A stretch of DNA of 32,000 bases from Cysteiniphilum marinum (GTDB taxonomy: Bacteria; Pseudomonadota; Gammaproteobacteria; Francisellales; Francisellaceae). The stretch spans positions 5,984-37,983 of the forward strand of contig NZ_JACYVZ010000025.1 in assembly GCF_014857925.1 (NCBI RefSeq). Reading direction: 5' to 3'. Shown piece by piece: positions 7,055 through 15,320 of this stretch. The notes beneath the pieces were generated by a model. It saw nothing but the letters and a program-made list of their open reading frames with translations, did no database searches and was not told where the DNA came from. The number at the start of each line of letters is the position of its first letter. Within the stretch, counting starts at the first letter, position 1. The position numbers and the translations under genes are program-made.

Positions 7055-8101
7055 ATGGACGATCACAAAAAAGAAGTTGTTAGTGTTAAAATTATTGGGA
7101 GAGATAAGTCGCTACTGCAAAGCATAGTTCATTGGATGAATATAATGGCATTATCTATGGTGGCTTTATCTTTTGTTATATATTCTGCTTATGGAATTAA
7201 GCATAATATATCGTTAGATGTTAGCTCTATTGGGATGTTAATTGCTGGAATATTTATAGTTTTCACTATATTTGCATCAATATTTTCAACGTATGTGTGG
7301 ATTAGTTACTTAACGATTCAAATATATGGTTTTTTTAACTTATTTAAACGGCTGCGTGATTTTATATTTTTTATATTGTTTTTAACAATTCTAGATATTT
7401 TGTTAAACATTGTATATTATAAGATTGCTTTTCATCAGATAGCCTTGCTATTACTTATGGCATCAATAATTATATTAAGTGCGGTATTATGTGGTTCGGT
7501 GTTTTTTTTACTTTACGACAACTTAAGAGCGGTTGATTTTCATATTAGATATAAAGAAAAATTAAATGAATTAAAAATAAAATTTTTCCTATATAAAGTA
7601 ATCAAAGAAGAAGATAAATTAGTTTTAACCATGTTTTTGATTTTTTCTCTTTCATTAGTATGTATTGGAATTATTTTTTTCAGCTTGAAAAAATCTGAAG
7701 CAGTTGATTCAGATTTTGTGGTCGGGATTATAATTATCTTGTCTATGGTTTTTCTTTTGCATCTTGAAATGTATTTTTTAGGGAAAAGAACCAACTTCTT
7801 GTATAAAAGTACATTTTATTTTTTCCTTTTTTGTGCAATACCAGTTGCTCTTTATTTTGCTTCAGATATCTATGCCGAAGTTAGTAATATTAAAATAAAA
7901 GAAGCCACTGTAATTACATCTAAGGATAAAATATATAAAAATGCTATTGTGTTAAATTACCAAACCTCTCCGCTGCCAGTAAATTGCAAAGGTAATTTAA
8001 TACATCTTAATAATGTTGAAATGATAATTAAAAATAATCCAAATATACTGGAAGTAATCAGTGAGCTAAACATAGATAGCCCTGTATATATTGAATGCTG
8101 A
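7055..8101 (+). CDS. Polytopic inner-membrane protein (348 aa, about 8 or more hydrophobic segments) with a C-terminal soluble tail of about 75 aa. Very AT-rich.
   Basis: ORF track. Long runs of hydrophobic residues. The overlapping minus-strand ORF 7540..7794 is judged a shadow. Confidence 0.65.
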   Translation: MDDHKKEVVSVKIIGRDKSLLQSIVHWMNIMALSMVALSFVIYSAYGIKHNISLDVSSIGMLIAGIFIVFTIFASIFSTYVWISYLTIQIYGFFNLFKRLRDFIFFILFLTILDILLNIVYYKIAFHQIALLLLMASIIILSAVLCGSVFFLLYDNLRAVDFHIRYKEKLNELKIKFFLYKVIKEEDKLVLTMFLIFSLSLVCIGIIFFSLKKSEAVDSDFVVGIIIILSMVFLLHLEMYFLGKRTNFLYKSTFYFFLFCAIPVALYFASDIYAEVSNIKIKEATVITSKDKIYKNAIVLNYQTSPLPVNCKGNLIHLNNVEMIIKNNPNILEVISELNIDSPVYIEC

Positions 8102-8156
8102 ATTTGCAAATAACGCGCTAACTTTTCTTTCTCTGTTGTTAAGAAGGTCTATAGCG

Positions 8157-8336
8157 ATGGATATTATTATTATTTTACAATGTGTTTCGTTTATAATGAT
8201 CAGTATAACTCTTTGTATTAATTTGTACGAGGGAGTCATTAATAAAAAAGCTTTTTTTATATATTATATTTTTTTCTTTATTAACTGGGCTTTACTAACT
8301 GGTTTTCTATATTTTTTCTGCGACCTTAGATGGTGA
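8157..8336 (+). CDS. Small two-helix membrane protein (59 aa from ATG 8157). The track ORF starts at 8091.
   Basis: GAAGG lies upstream of the internal ATG. The sequence MDIIIILQCVSFIMISITLCINLY...FFINWALLTGFLYFF is hydrophobic. Confidence 0.4.
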   Translation: MDIIIILQCVSFIMISITLCINLYEGVINKKAFFIYYIFFFINWALLTGFLYFFCDLRW

Positions 8337-8608
8337 GTTTAATACATATGCGCGCGTTATATCGATGATTTAAATGTATAAAAACTCAAATAATATTGCT
8401 TGATATAACAAAGAAAAACAATTTTAAAAACATGATAAAGTTGATTTTTTAAAATCATTATATACCTATTATTTCTAGCGAAAAAATCACGTTGAGTATT
8501 TATTTTAGATCCCAATAAAAAGTATTGGATATTGGAAAAAACCTTTAAGAATAAGTGATAGTTTTAACTTAAATTCATTTATTTTTATTAAAAATAAAGA
8601 GAGGAGCT

Positions 8609-8803
8609 ATGAGAGAAAATAATTTCTACGATGAATCCGTCAATGGGATTCACAGAACAATCGATCATTCAATGAGTGATATACAGCGTTTTGCAGATAA
8701 TGTCATCGATGACCCATTTAAACCCATTACAATCAGTCATGATTTGATGGGGTATTATCGACATCGGAATTTGCGAAAAGCTAGTAATCGTAAACAAGAG
8801 TAA
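8609..8803 (+). CDS. Hypothetical 64-aa protein.
   Basis: ORF track. Strong RBS AGAGAGGAG just upstream of the ATG. Confidence 0.5.
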   Translation: MRENNFYDESVNGIHRTIDHSMSDIQRFADNVIDDPFKPITISHDLMGYYRHRNLRKASNRKQE

Positions 8804-8806
8804 AAA

Positions 8807-8830
8807 GGTAAAAAAGGTAAAAAAGGTAAA
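8807..8830. repeat. Tandem repeat of GGTAAAAAA, about 2.7 copies, immediately after the stop at 8803.
   Basis: Read directly from the sequence. Confidence 0.8.
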
Positions 8831-8867
8831 TAGTAAAAAAGTGCTTAAAATATAAGGAGCATCTATT

Positions 8868-9824
8868 GTGAAAGATGGTAAAAAGTCTTTAAGCTCGCGG
8901 TTAATCAGGGGGCTTTTTTATGGGTATAAATGGGAGCAAAAACCTGCTGCTGTTTTTTTTATTTTAGTGGTGTTGGGCTTGATGTTTTTAAGCTTAAATA
9001 GGTTCTTGCCGAAAGTGTCATTTTTGGGATTATTTTTCCCTGCTATTGTGATGGTGCTTATTTTGGTTTTTTTGGTAGGTGGCTATTTTGGTTTAAAGTG
9101 GTTTGTTCATTCTTATTATCGCAAAACTGGGAACAATCCAGTGTCACACATACCGCAACTGCTTAAATCATTAAAACGATTTAACAAGGTGCAGTTTTGG
9201 TTTGTTGTGTTAGCGATTGTGCTGTTATTTTCGATGTTTAAACCATCGCAAGCGGCATATTTGCTTAATGCACATACGGTAAATCAAAAGCAATCTTTGA
9301 TTGTGTATGATCTACAAAGTGGTTGGGTGATTAAGCCAAGCTTTAATCTATCTTTTCCCAAAGCAACTATTAGCGGATATGACAAACAAACTGGCTATTA
9401 TGGTTTTGGCTTAAGTGGCGGTTATCAGTATGCCTTAAATGCCAAGCATAGTATCAGTGCCTTGTTAGGATATAATCAAAATAGCAAAAGTACGTTTTCT
9501 AACGCACAAGGGCAATTTTCAGCGTCACTGCATGATGTTAATTTGTTGGCACAATACCAGTATCGTGTGCTACCTAATATTTCATTAGGTGTAAATGGTG
9601 GTATTGCTTTTGTTTTTGGTTTTAATGATGGGGCGATTGATAATTTTTATCGTGGTTTCTCGCCAGTATTCGGTGGGTCTATCGGTTATCAATTAAGTGA
9701 ATCAATGCTGATTGATTTGGGTTACGCTTATTATTTTGGCAAATCAGCCAGTGACGCTTATTCATCTAAAAATGTCAACCCAAGTATAAGCCGTTTAGCG
9801 TTAGGGGTGAGTTATGTATTTTAA
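8868..9824 (+). CDS. Chimeric-looking envelope protein. About 130 aa at the N-terminus form hydrophobic helices, followed by an 8-strand-type outer-membrane beta-barrel domain (OmpX/OmpW/opacity-like) ending in a C-terminal Phe.
   Basis: ORF track (GTG start after AAGGAG). The C-terminal half has alternating aromatic/Gly-rich beta-strand patterns and ends LALGVSYVF. An internal signal-peptide-like segment KRFNKVQFWFVVLAIVLLFSMFKPSQA is followed by AY. Confidence 0.65.
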   Translation: MKDGKKSLSSRLIRGLFYGYKWEQKPAAVFFILVVLGLMFLSLNRFLPKVSFLGLFFPAIVMVLILVFLVGGYFGLKWFVHSYYRKTGNNPVSHIPQLLKSLKRFNKVQFWFVVLAIVLLFSMFKPSQAAYLLNAHTVNQKQSLIVYDLQSGWVIKPSFNLSFPKATISGYDKQTGYYGFGLSGGYQYALNAKHSISALLGYNQNSKSTFSNAQGQFSASLHDVNLLAQYQYRVLPNISLGVNGGIAFVFGFNDGAIDNFYRGFSPVFGGSIGYQLSESMLIDLGYAYYFGKSASDAYSSKNVNPSISRLALGVSYVF

Positions 9825-10017
9825 GCGATGGTTTAAGATAAGAAGCACCAAGGCATTAGTTTTTGGTGTTTTTGGTGCTTGCTTAATGGCATTGACTAGT
9901 CTAACAGGTTGTACACACAAAGGGGTCACAGTGACAAGTTTTGAACAGGTCAAGGTTGCCGATGTTTCCAGTGTTCAAGAAGAAGTAAATCACGCACAAA
10001 ATTACGTCTATCAATAG
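9814..10017 (+). CDS. Small lipoprotein (67 aa).
   Basis: ORF track. Lipobox LTGC after a hydrophobic signal. The start overlaps the upstream stop by 11 nt. Confidence 0.55.
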   Translation: MYFKRWFKIRSTKALVFGVFGACLMALTSLTGCTHKGVTVTSFEQVKVADVSSVQEEVNHAQNYVYQ

Positions 10018-10217
10018 CGTTTTTTTTAAGTTTTTAACTATCTCAAACTCTTAATATCTTAACATCTTAACCTTTTCATTTTCACACGATCTCATTCAAG
10101 AGGTTCAAACATCACGTTGAACATTTAGGCAATTGCTTTTGATCAACAAAGCTTTAGATCAAACGCAATAAAAAAGAAATAAACAAATAACATATAGATA
10201 AAAAACAAGGATAACGT

Positions 10218-10532
10218 ATGACTACTTTAGTTCAAACATTCAAAGATAATCAGATTTTAGATAAGGTGTTGTCGATTGTAGCTATTTTTGCAGTGGTGGC
10301 ATTGCTGTTTTTAATAAGCGTTGGCACTTCTTTTGCAATGGACGCAGACGGTCTTAAAACAGCCGTTGATGATCATTTGGGGGCTGATTCATTTGCCCAA
10401 AAGTTGATAGGGGGGATTGCGCTGATTGTGGGTATCATTATACTTTTTACAGGTAACATAAAAATGGGTGTCACAATTATTTTCGTAACCGCCGTTATTT
10501 TCCTTGTCTACAACTCAGGGCTTATTTTCTAG
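10218..10532 (+). CDS. traA: F-type propilin (TraA-like). A long leader ends in SFA, and the mature peptide of about 64 aa has two hydrophobic segments.
   Basis: It lies immediately upstream of traL-traE as in F. RBS AAGGA. The size and leader/hydrophobic architecture fit F-pilin, but direct sequence similarity is weak. Confidence 0.6.
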   Translation: MTTLVQTFKDNQILDKVLSIVAIFAVVALLFLISVGTSFAMDADGLKTAVDDHLGADSFAQKLIGGIALIVGIIILFTGNIKMGVTIIFVTAVIFLVYNSGLIF

Positions 10533-10586
10533 TTTTTGATTTTTCACTTTTTTACACTTTTACATTTTTACTTATGAGGATTTTTC

Positions 10587-10892
10587 ATGTCTACAGATAA
10601 TATGGATTACGGGCGGGTCTCAAAGTTTCTGAATAAGCCAAAACTAGTTTTAGGCTGCACGTATGATGAAGCCATACCCGCTATGGTGGTTGCTGTGATT
10701 GGTGTTTTAACGGCTAATCTTGCGATCATGTTAATTATTGCTGCGGGTTGGATAATGGGGTTGAAGTTAATTAAGCGATACCGCACCCCTGCCTATTTAA
10801 TGGTGTGTTGCTATTGGTTTTTAGGTAAATCGATTTCAAAGGCGGTATTTCCTAGAACGCTAGACGCATCTAAGCGTTTCTGGCTTTTTTAG
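10587..10892 (+). CDS. traL: Type-F conjugative transfer protein TraL.
   Basis: 101 aa. Matches F TraL in length, membrane topology and position. RBS GAGGA. Confidence 0.8.
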   Translation: MSTDNMDYGRVSKFLNKPKLVLGCTYDEAIPAMVVAVIGVLTANLAIMLIIAAGWIMGLKLIKRYRTPAYLMVCCYWFLGKSISKAVFPRTLDASKRFWLF

Positions 10893-11025
10893 CTTTTTTA
10901 GATTTTTAACTTTTTAGCTTTTTGGGTTTGTAATTATTTAATTTTACTTTTGCACTTTTTTACATTTTCACCTTCTTATTTTTTTTACTTTTCATTATTT
11001 AGTACCACAACAGAGGTTATTTTTT

Positions 11026-11604
11026 ATGGATTTTTCACATCACAAGCTCGCTCAAAGTGTCGGGCAATATGTTAATCGATGGCTTAAATGGGGCTGTATT
11101 TTAATGTCGCTATCGGTGTTGGTGTTATCGGTTATGTTGTATCAAGCGTTACAGCATCAACGTACGATTTTAGTGCCGCCAGTGATGGCGCAAAAGATGA
11201 GTATTAGCATGGTGAATCCCGATGAATCATACTTGATTCAGCACGGTTTATTTTTACTGGGATTGAAGCTTAATATCTCCCCCAATAATGTCGATCAAAA
11301 TCACCGTATTTTAAAAACATATATCACTTCATCAGCGTATGGTGAGTTAAACAATTTGCTTGAAGCAGAAGCAAAGACAATCAAGAAAGATCAGATTTCA
11401 TCAGTATTTTATCCCGCTGATCAAGTGGTCGATTTAAGAACATTGAAGCTCAAAATCTCGGGTATTTTAGAAAAGCGAGTAGGTAAGCGGTTAGTGTCTG
11501 ACAATAAGCATGATTTTGTACTTGAGTTTGCCTATAACAATGGGGCTTTGCAAATCAAGAATGTCTATGAAGTTAAAGATAGTAAGGGAGCGAAAGCAAA
11601 ATGA
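11026..11604 (+). CDS. traE: Type-F conjugative transfer protein TraE.
   Basis: 192 aa. It has an N-terminal TM and alignable blocks with F TraE (RT..VP....., ESYL....L.F..L.LN.S...VD..H..L, EAK.IK.D..SS.F). Confidence 0.9.
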   Translation: MDFSHHKLAQSVGQYVNRWLKWGCILMSLSVLVLSVMLYQALQHQRTILVPPVMAQKMSISMVNPDESYLIQHGLFLLGLKLNISPNNVDQNHRILKTYITSSAYGELNNLLEAEAKTIKKDQISSVFYPADQVVDLRTLKLKISGILEKRVGKRLVSDNKHDFVLEFAYNNGALQIKNVYEVKDSKGAKAK

Positions 11605-13115
11605 TTGGTAATTTTAAAAATAGAAAGAGTATGAAAAAAGCCACGGTGTTATTGTCGCTTATCTTGGGTGCTAGCAGTGTTAATTTGAGTTATAGCGATA
11701 CGCTATCACTGCCAAGCAATGCTGATAATTCAAATGCTAAAAATGAATCATACGCTTTGTCGCATGATGACATTGAGGTCTTACGTGAGATATTTGCAAC
11801 AGACAAAGATACAGCTCATATTTTTAATGAAGAAGATAGTAACGTATTAGAAAGTGATTCAGTCACTGATTATGTTGAATATGACGATTTCAACAATTTT
11901 AATGATGTTGAATCTGTTGAATCAGTTGAATCAGTTGAATCAGTTGAAGATATTGAAGCCGTTGATTTGTACCATGATGCAGACAATGAACAATCACAAG
12001 TTGGTTGTATGGTTGATGATGGGGGAGCTTTATCCGAAGCGTGTACCATTGACGCTGATACATTCAGCAAAAGGCTCAATGATGCTTTTTCAAATGCGGG
12101 GAATGATCAGGTTGAATTAAATGTTAATGACTATGACCAAGAGGGAAGCGGTGAGGAATCGCTGCTGCCATACACACAAAACATGCAACAACAAACAACG
12201 GAAAAGGAACAGTATTCCTCACCACAAATGAAACAGTCATACTCATTGACAGGCACTATAAAGGACAATGACGCTGATCAGCAAGTGTTGACAGCAAAAT
12301 CTGCTGCTTTACATTCACCGTCACCGAGTCTATCGACTTCTTCTGTTTCTTCTGCTTCTTCTGCTTCTTCTATTTCTAGCTCCTCGGGTCATTCAGCGAT
12401 TAAAAAATCCCCTGAGATTATCGAGTTCCAAAATAATGAAACGATCAGCTTAAAGCTATCAGCCACCGATGCGAATCGTATATATGTTGAGCATGACCGT
12501 ATTACGGACGTTTCTTGTCCGCAAGGGTTTTGTATTTTGAATGAGTACAACTTGAATGAGCAAGGCGATGTATTATTAACTTTAGGTAGTGTGGCACGTA
12601 TGAGTAGCGCGTTTACTTTTTATGTATCGACTGAATCGGGGCGACAGTTTTCCGTGTTAGCAATGCCTGAGCGCAATCGAGGTAAAACCTATGGCTTAAA
12701 GCCGTTAGGTGGTGTGTCTGCTAAAGCGGATAGCTTCGAGAAAAGTGTGCCATTTAATCAGTTGGTGGTGCGGGTGATTAAATCGATGATCAATTACAGC
12801 GAAACAGGGCGCATGGAAGATTTACCCGAAGGCTACAGTGTTTCACTGGTTGATGATGACATTGAATCAGTAAAGGCACGTGAAGCGTTAGGCAAAGGCT
12901 TTAGTTTAACGCCTCGCCAATTATTTCATGGTGCCACATTATATGGGGTGGTGTATGTCGTTGAAAACCATAACAAACATGCGATTGATTTACACGCTAA
13001 AGCCTTTTACAAGAAAGGTATGCTTGGTGTTGCGTTATCACAAGATCGTTTAGCGTCTGGTGAAAAGGCATTTGTCTATAGCTTATTCCAACAAGGGGGC
13101 AATCATGTTTTTTAA
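11601..13115 (+). CDS. traK: TraK (secretin-like core component) carrying an acidic/Ser-rich repetitive N-terminal extension of about 260 aa.
   Basis: ATGA overlap with traE. The C-terminal 240 aa or so resembles F TraK, and the position is canonical. F TraK is about 240 aa in total. Confidence 0.8.
   Translation: MIGNFKNRKSMKKATVLLSLILGASSVNLSYSDTLSLPSNADNSNAKNESYALSHDDIEVLREIFATDKDTAHIFNEEDSNVLESDSVTDYVEYDDFNNFNDVESVESVESVESVEDIEAVDLYHDADNEQSQVGCMVDDGGALSEACTIDADTFSKRLNDAFSNAGNDQVELNVNDYDQEGSGEESLLPYTQNMQQQTTEKEQYSSPQMKQSYSLTGTIKDNDADQQVLTAKSAALHSPSPSLSTSSVSSASSASSISSSSGHSAIKKSPEIIEFQNNETISLKLSATDANRIYVEHDRITDVSCPQGFCILNEYNLNEQGDVLLTLGSVARMSSAFTFYVSTESGRQFSVLAMPERNRGKTYGLKPLGGVSAKADSFEKSVPFNQLVVRVIKSMINYSETGRMEDLPEGYSVSLVDDDIESVKAREALGKGFSLTPRQLFHGATLYGVVYVVENHNKHAIDLHAKAFYKKGMLGVALSQDRLASGEKAFVYSLFQQGGNHVF
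11907..11951 (+). repeat. In-frame 9-nt tandem repeat GTTGAATCN, 4 copies plus degenerate copies, encoding VESVESVESVE inside traK.
   Basis: Read directly from the sequence. Confidence 0.9.
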
Positions 13116-14766
13116 GCGATTTAATCTGTGGCGTAAGCTTTTTGCTGATAAAGCCAAGCCTAATTCTCGAGAGGTTGGTGAGAGTAAAGAGAGTAAAGAG
13201 AGTGAAGTAAAGCAAGAAAACGAATATAGCAAAGAAACATTAAACACAACAGCGCATGATGCGGTTGATCAAGATACCTTTAACCCGAACAATGATCGGG
13301 TCAAGCAAATTGCGACAAGTGTTCTGATTGTGGCAGTGATCGGTTTAGCGGTATGGGTTTTTATGAGTTTGTTTGCTAGTAGCCCCAAAAGTGGCAAAAG
13401 CAAAAAGCTATCGAATCAATCAAGTAGTGAATTATCGAATTTTGCCAAAGTCAAAGATGCCACCTTTACAGAAGAAGATAACAAATCCGCTTTAACTGAC
13501 CAACAGCGACAAATTGATGAATTTAAACGACTGCTAGCCAAGCAGGATAAGACACTAGAGACACTGCAAGATAAGCTAGGCAAACAAGATGATGCCTTAA
13601 AAAAAGAACGTGAGCGCACACAAAAGTTGATCAAGACGCAGCATGAGCAAACAAAGGCACTGATTGCGTCAAGTGAAAAGGCGACACAATCAAATAAAAA
13701 AGCGCAAGATGATGCAAAGGCGGTTTCAAATCAGCCGATAGGTCAACCGCTATCAGGTGGTAATCAATTTGCGTTAGGCATTAATCATGGGGTGCAAGGT
13801 GGTTTTGAACAAACGCCTGTCTATCCTACGGTAAGCTTTAGCGCACGTAAAAAGCCAGTTGAAATTGAAAAGTACAAACGCACACATAAGAATTACGTGC
13901 CAACGGGTTCATTTTGTAAAGCCATTGTTTTAGGTGGTGCTGACGCACAAGCGGGTGTTGATGCTCAAAGTGATAGCTCGCCTATGGTCTTTAAGCTGAC
14001 GGATAATTGTTATTTGCCTAATGGCAAGCGTGGAAGCTTAAAGGGTGCATTTATAACCGCCAGTGTTTATGGTCGCATTTCATCTGAGCGTGGCATGGTG
14101 AGATTAGAAAGTTTATCTTACATTCGCCAAGATGGGAGTATTTTAGATATATCGGTCGAGGGTACTGCCTTTGATGTTGGTGGTAAGAATGGGATTCGTG
14201 GGATTCCTGTCATGCGTAACGATAAGGTTATTATGAGTGCGGGGCTTTCAGGGATACTCTCGGGATTTGGTGATTCAGCGCAAGCTTATTCACAAACGCA
14301 ATCGGTATCACCTTTAGGGTCAACCACCACAATTGATGCGTCTAAGATATTACCTAATGCGTTAGGAGCGGGTGCCTCTACTGCCTTTGGTGAGATCAGC
14401 AAATACTATATTGAGTTAGCGAAACAATATTCGCCAGTGATTCAGTTAAACGCGGGAGCTGAGGTTGATATTGTCTTTTTGAAAGGCTTTCCGTTACTTG
14501 ATGAAAAGAAGATCAAGCAATATGAAGATCGGATAGATCGAGAGCGTAGAATTGCAAAGGACAAAAACAATAAAAACAATCCATCACAACTCCAAGATGT
14601 AGAGATGTTGCAGAATATGCAAAATATGCAAAATATGCAAACAGCGTCCATGAATCAAAAAGCTTACTATAACCCGCTTATGGCTCAGATTCCCAAGCCG
14701 ACAAATCTGACAAATCAAGCAGTCAATGAAGATGCCGATGGGTTGCCATTGGGTCAATCACGTTGA
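13105..14766 (+). CDS. traB: TraB (VirB10-like core component). The start is probably ATG 13105 rather than the track start at 13060.
   Basis: AAGGGGG lies 6 nt upstream of ATG 13105. There is an N-terminal TM and a coiled-coil region, and the C-terminal domain resembles F TraB. The start overlaps the traK stop by 11 nt. Confidence 0.85.
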   Translation: MFFKRFNLWRKLFADKAKPNSREVGESKESKESEVKQENEYSKETLNTTAHDAVDQDTFNPNNDRVKQIATSVLIVAVIGLAVWVFMSLFASSPKSGKSKKLSNQSSSELSNFAKVKDATFTEEDNKSALTDQQRQIDEFKRLLAKQDKTLETLQDKLGKQDDALKKERERTQKLIKTQHEQTKALIASSEKATQSNKKAQDDAKAVSNQPIGQPLSGGNQFALGINHGVQGGFEQTPVYPTVSFSARKKPVEIEKYKRTHKNYVPTGSFCKAIVLGGADAQAGVDAQSDSSPMVFKLTDNCYLPNGKRGSLKGAFITASVYGRISSERGMVRLESLSYIRQDGSILDISVEGTAFDVGGKNGIRGIPVMRNDKVIMSAGLSGILSGFGDSAQAYSQTQSVSPLGSTTTIDASKILPNALGAGASTAFGEISKYYIELAKQYSPVIQLNAGAEVDIVFLKGFPLLDEKKIKQYEDRIDRERRIAKDKNNKNNPSQLQDVEMLQNMQNMQNMQTASMNQKAYYNPLMAQIPKPTNLTNQAVNEDADGLPLGQSR

Positions 14767-14825
14767 TTGTTAATCAAGAAAATAATTTAAAAACAATTAA
14801 AAACAATTAAAACAAGGATAGGCTT

Positions 14826-15320
14826 ATGCTTTTTTTAAATTCTTTAAAATCTCTCTTGAATGGGTGTAGCCGCTTCAAACTCACCTACGCTTTTATGGGT
14901 CTATGTGCTTTGCTCACATCAGGCTGCTCAACCTTTAATAGTGGCTTTGAGTGTGACAAGGTTGGTGGCGTTAAGGGCTGTATTTCAATGAGTGAGGTTC
15001 ACGAGCAATCACAATTTGGCAATACTGGGTCATTTGTTGCTGATAAAAAAGGTAAAAATGACAAAAAAGGTAATGCAGCTCATGCTGTCATCACACATCA
15101 AACGACATCATTGGTAAATAACACACTCGGCACGCCAGTAAGCAGTCCTTTAGTGGGGCAGCCAGTGAGAAAGGGTGAGAAAATCCAAAAGATCACATTG
15201 TTTGATTATGTTGATGGTGATGGCAATTATCACGAGCCAAGCATTGTTTATACGATTTTAAAAGGGTCACAGTGGATTAATCACTCAGTTTCAGCCGTTC
15301 AAAGTATGGGGGTCGAATAA
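14826..15320 (+). CDS. traV: TraV outer-membrane lipoprotein.
   Basis: Lipobox LLTSGCS is followed by FNSGFECD...C.SM.EV, as in F TraV. Canonical position. Confidence 0.8.
   Translation: MLFLNSLKSLLNGCSRFKLTYAFMGLCALLTSGCSTFNSGFECDKVGGVKGCISMSEVHEQSQFGNTGSFVADKKGKNDKKGNAAHAVITHQTTSLVNNTLGTPVSSPLVGQPVRKGEKIQKITLFDYVDGDGNYHEPSIVYTILKGSQWINHSVSAVQSMGVE

Noticed and set aside
10020-10217. A promoter or oriT call in the spacer upstream of traA
   Set aside because: It contains small inverted repeats (GTTCAA..TTGAAC and TTTGATC..GATCAAA), but I could not find a convincing -35/-10 pair or a nic-like motif on either strand. I left it uncalled.
11854-12120. Alternative-frame and antisense ORFs inside traK (11854..12120 +, 11870..12079 -). 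The same question arises for the ORFs inside traB, traC, traN, trbB, traH and traG.
   Set aside because: All lie wholly within strongly supported Tra coding regions. Several are generated by the in-frame tandem repeats being read in other frames. There is no independent start signal.
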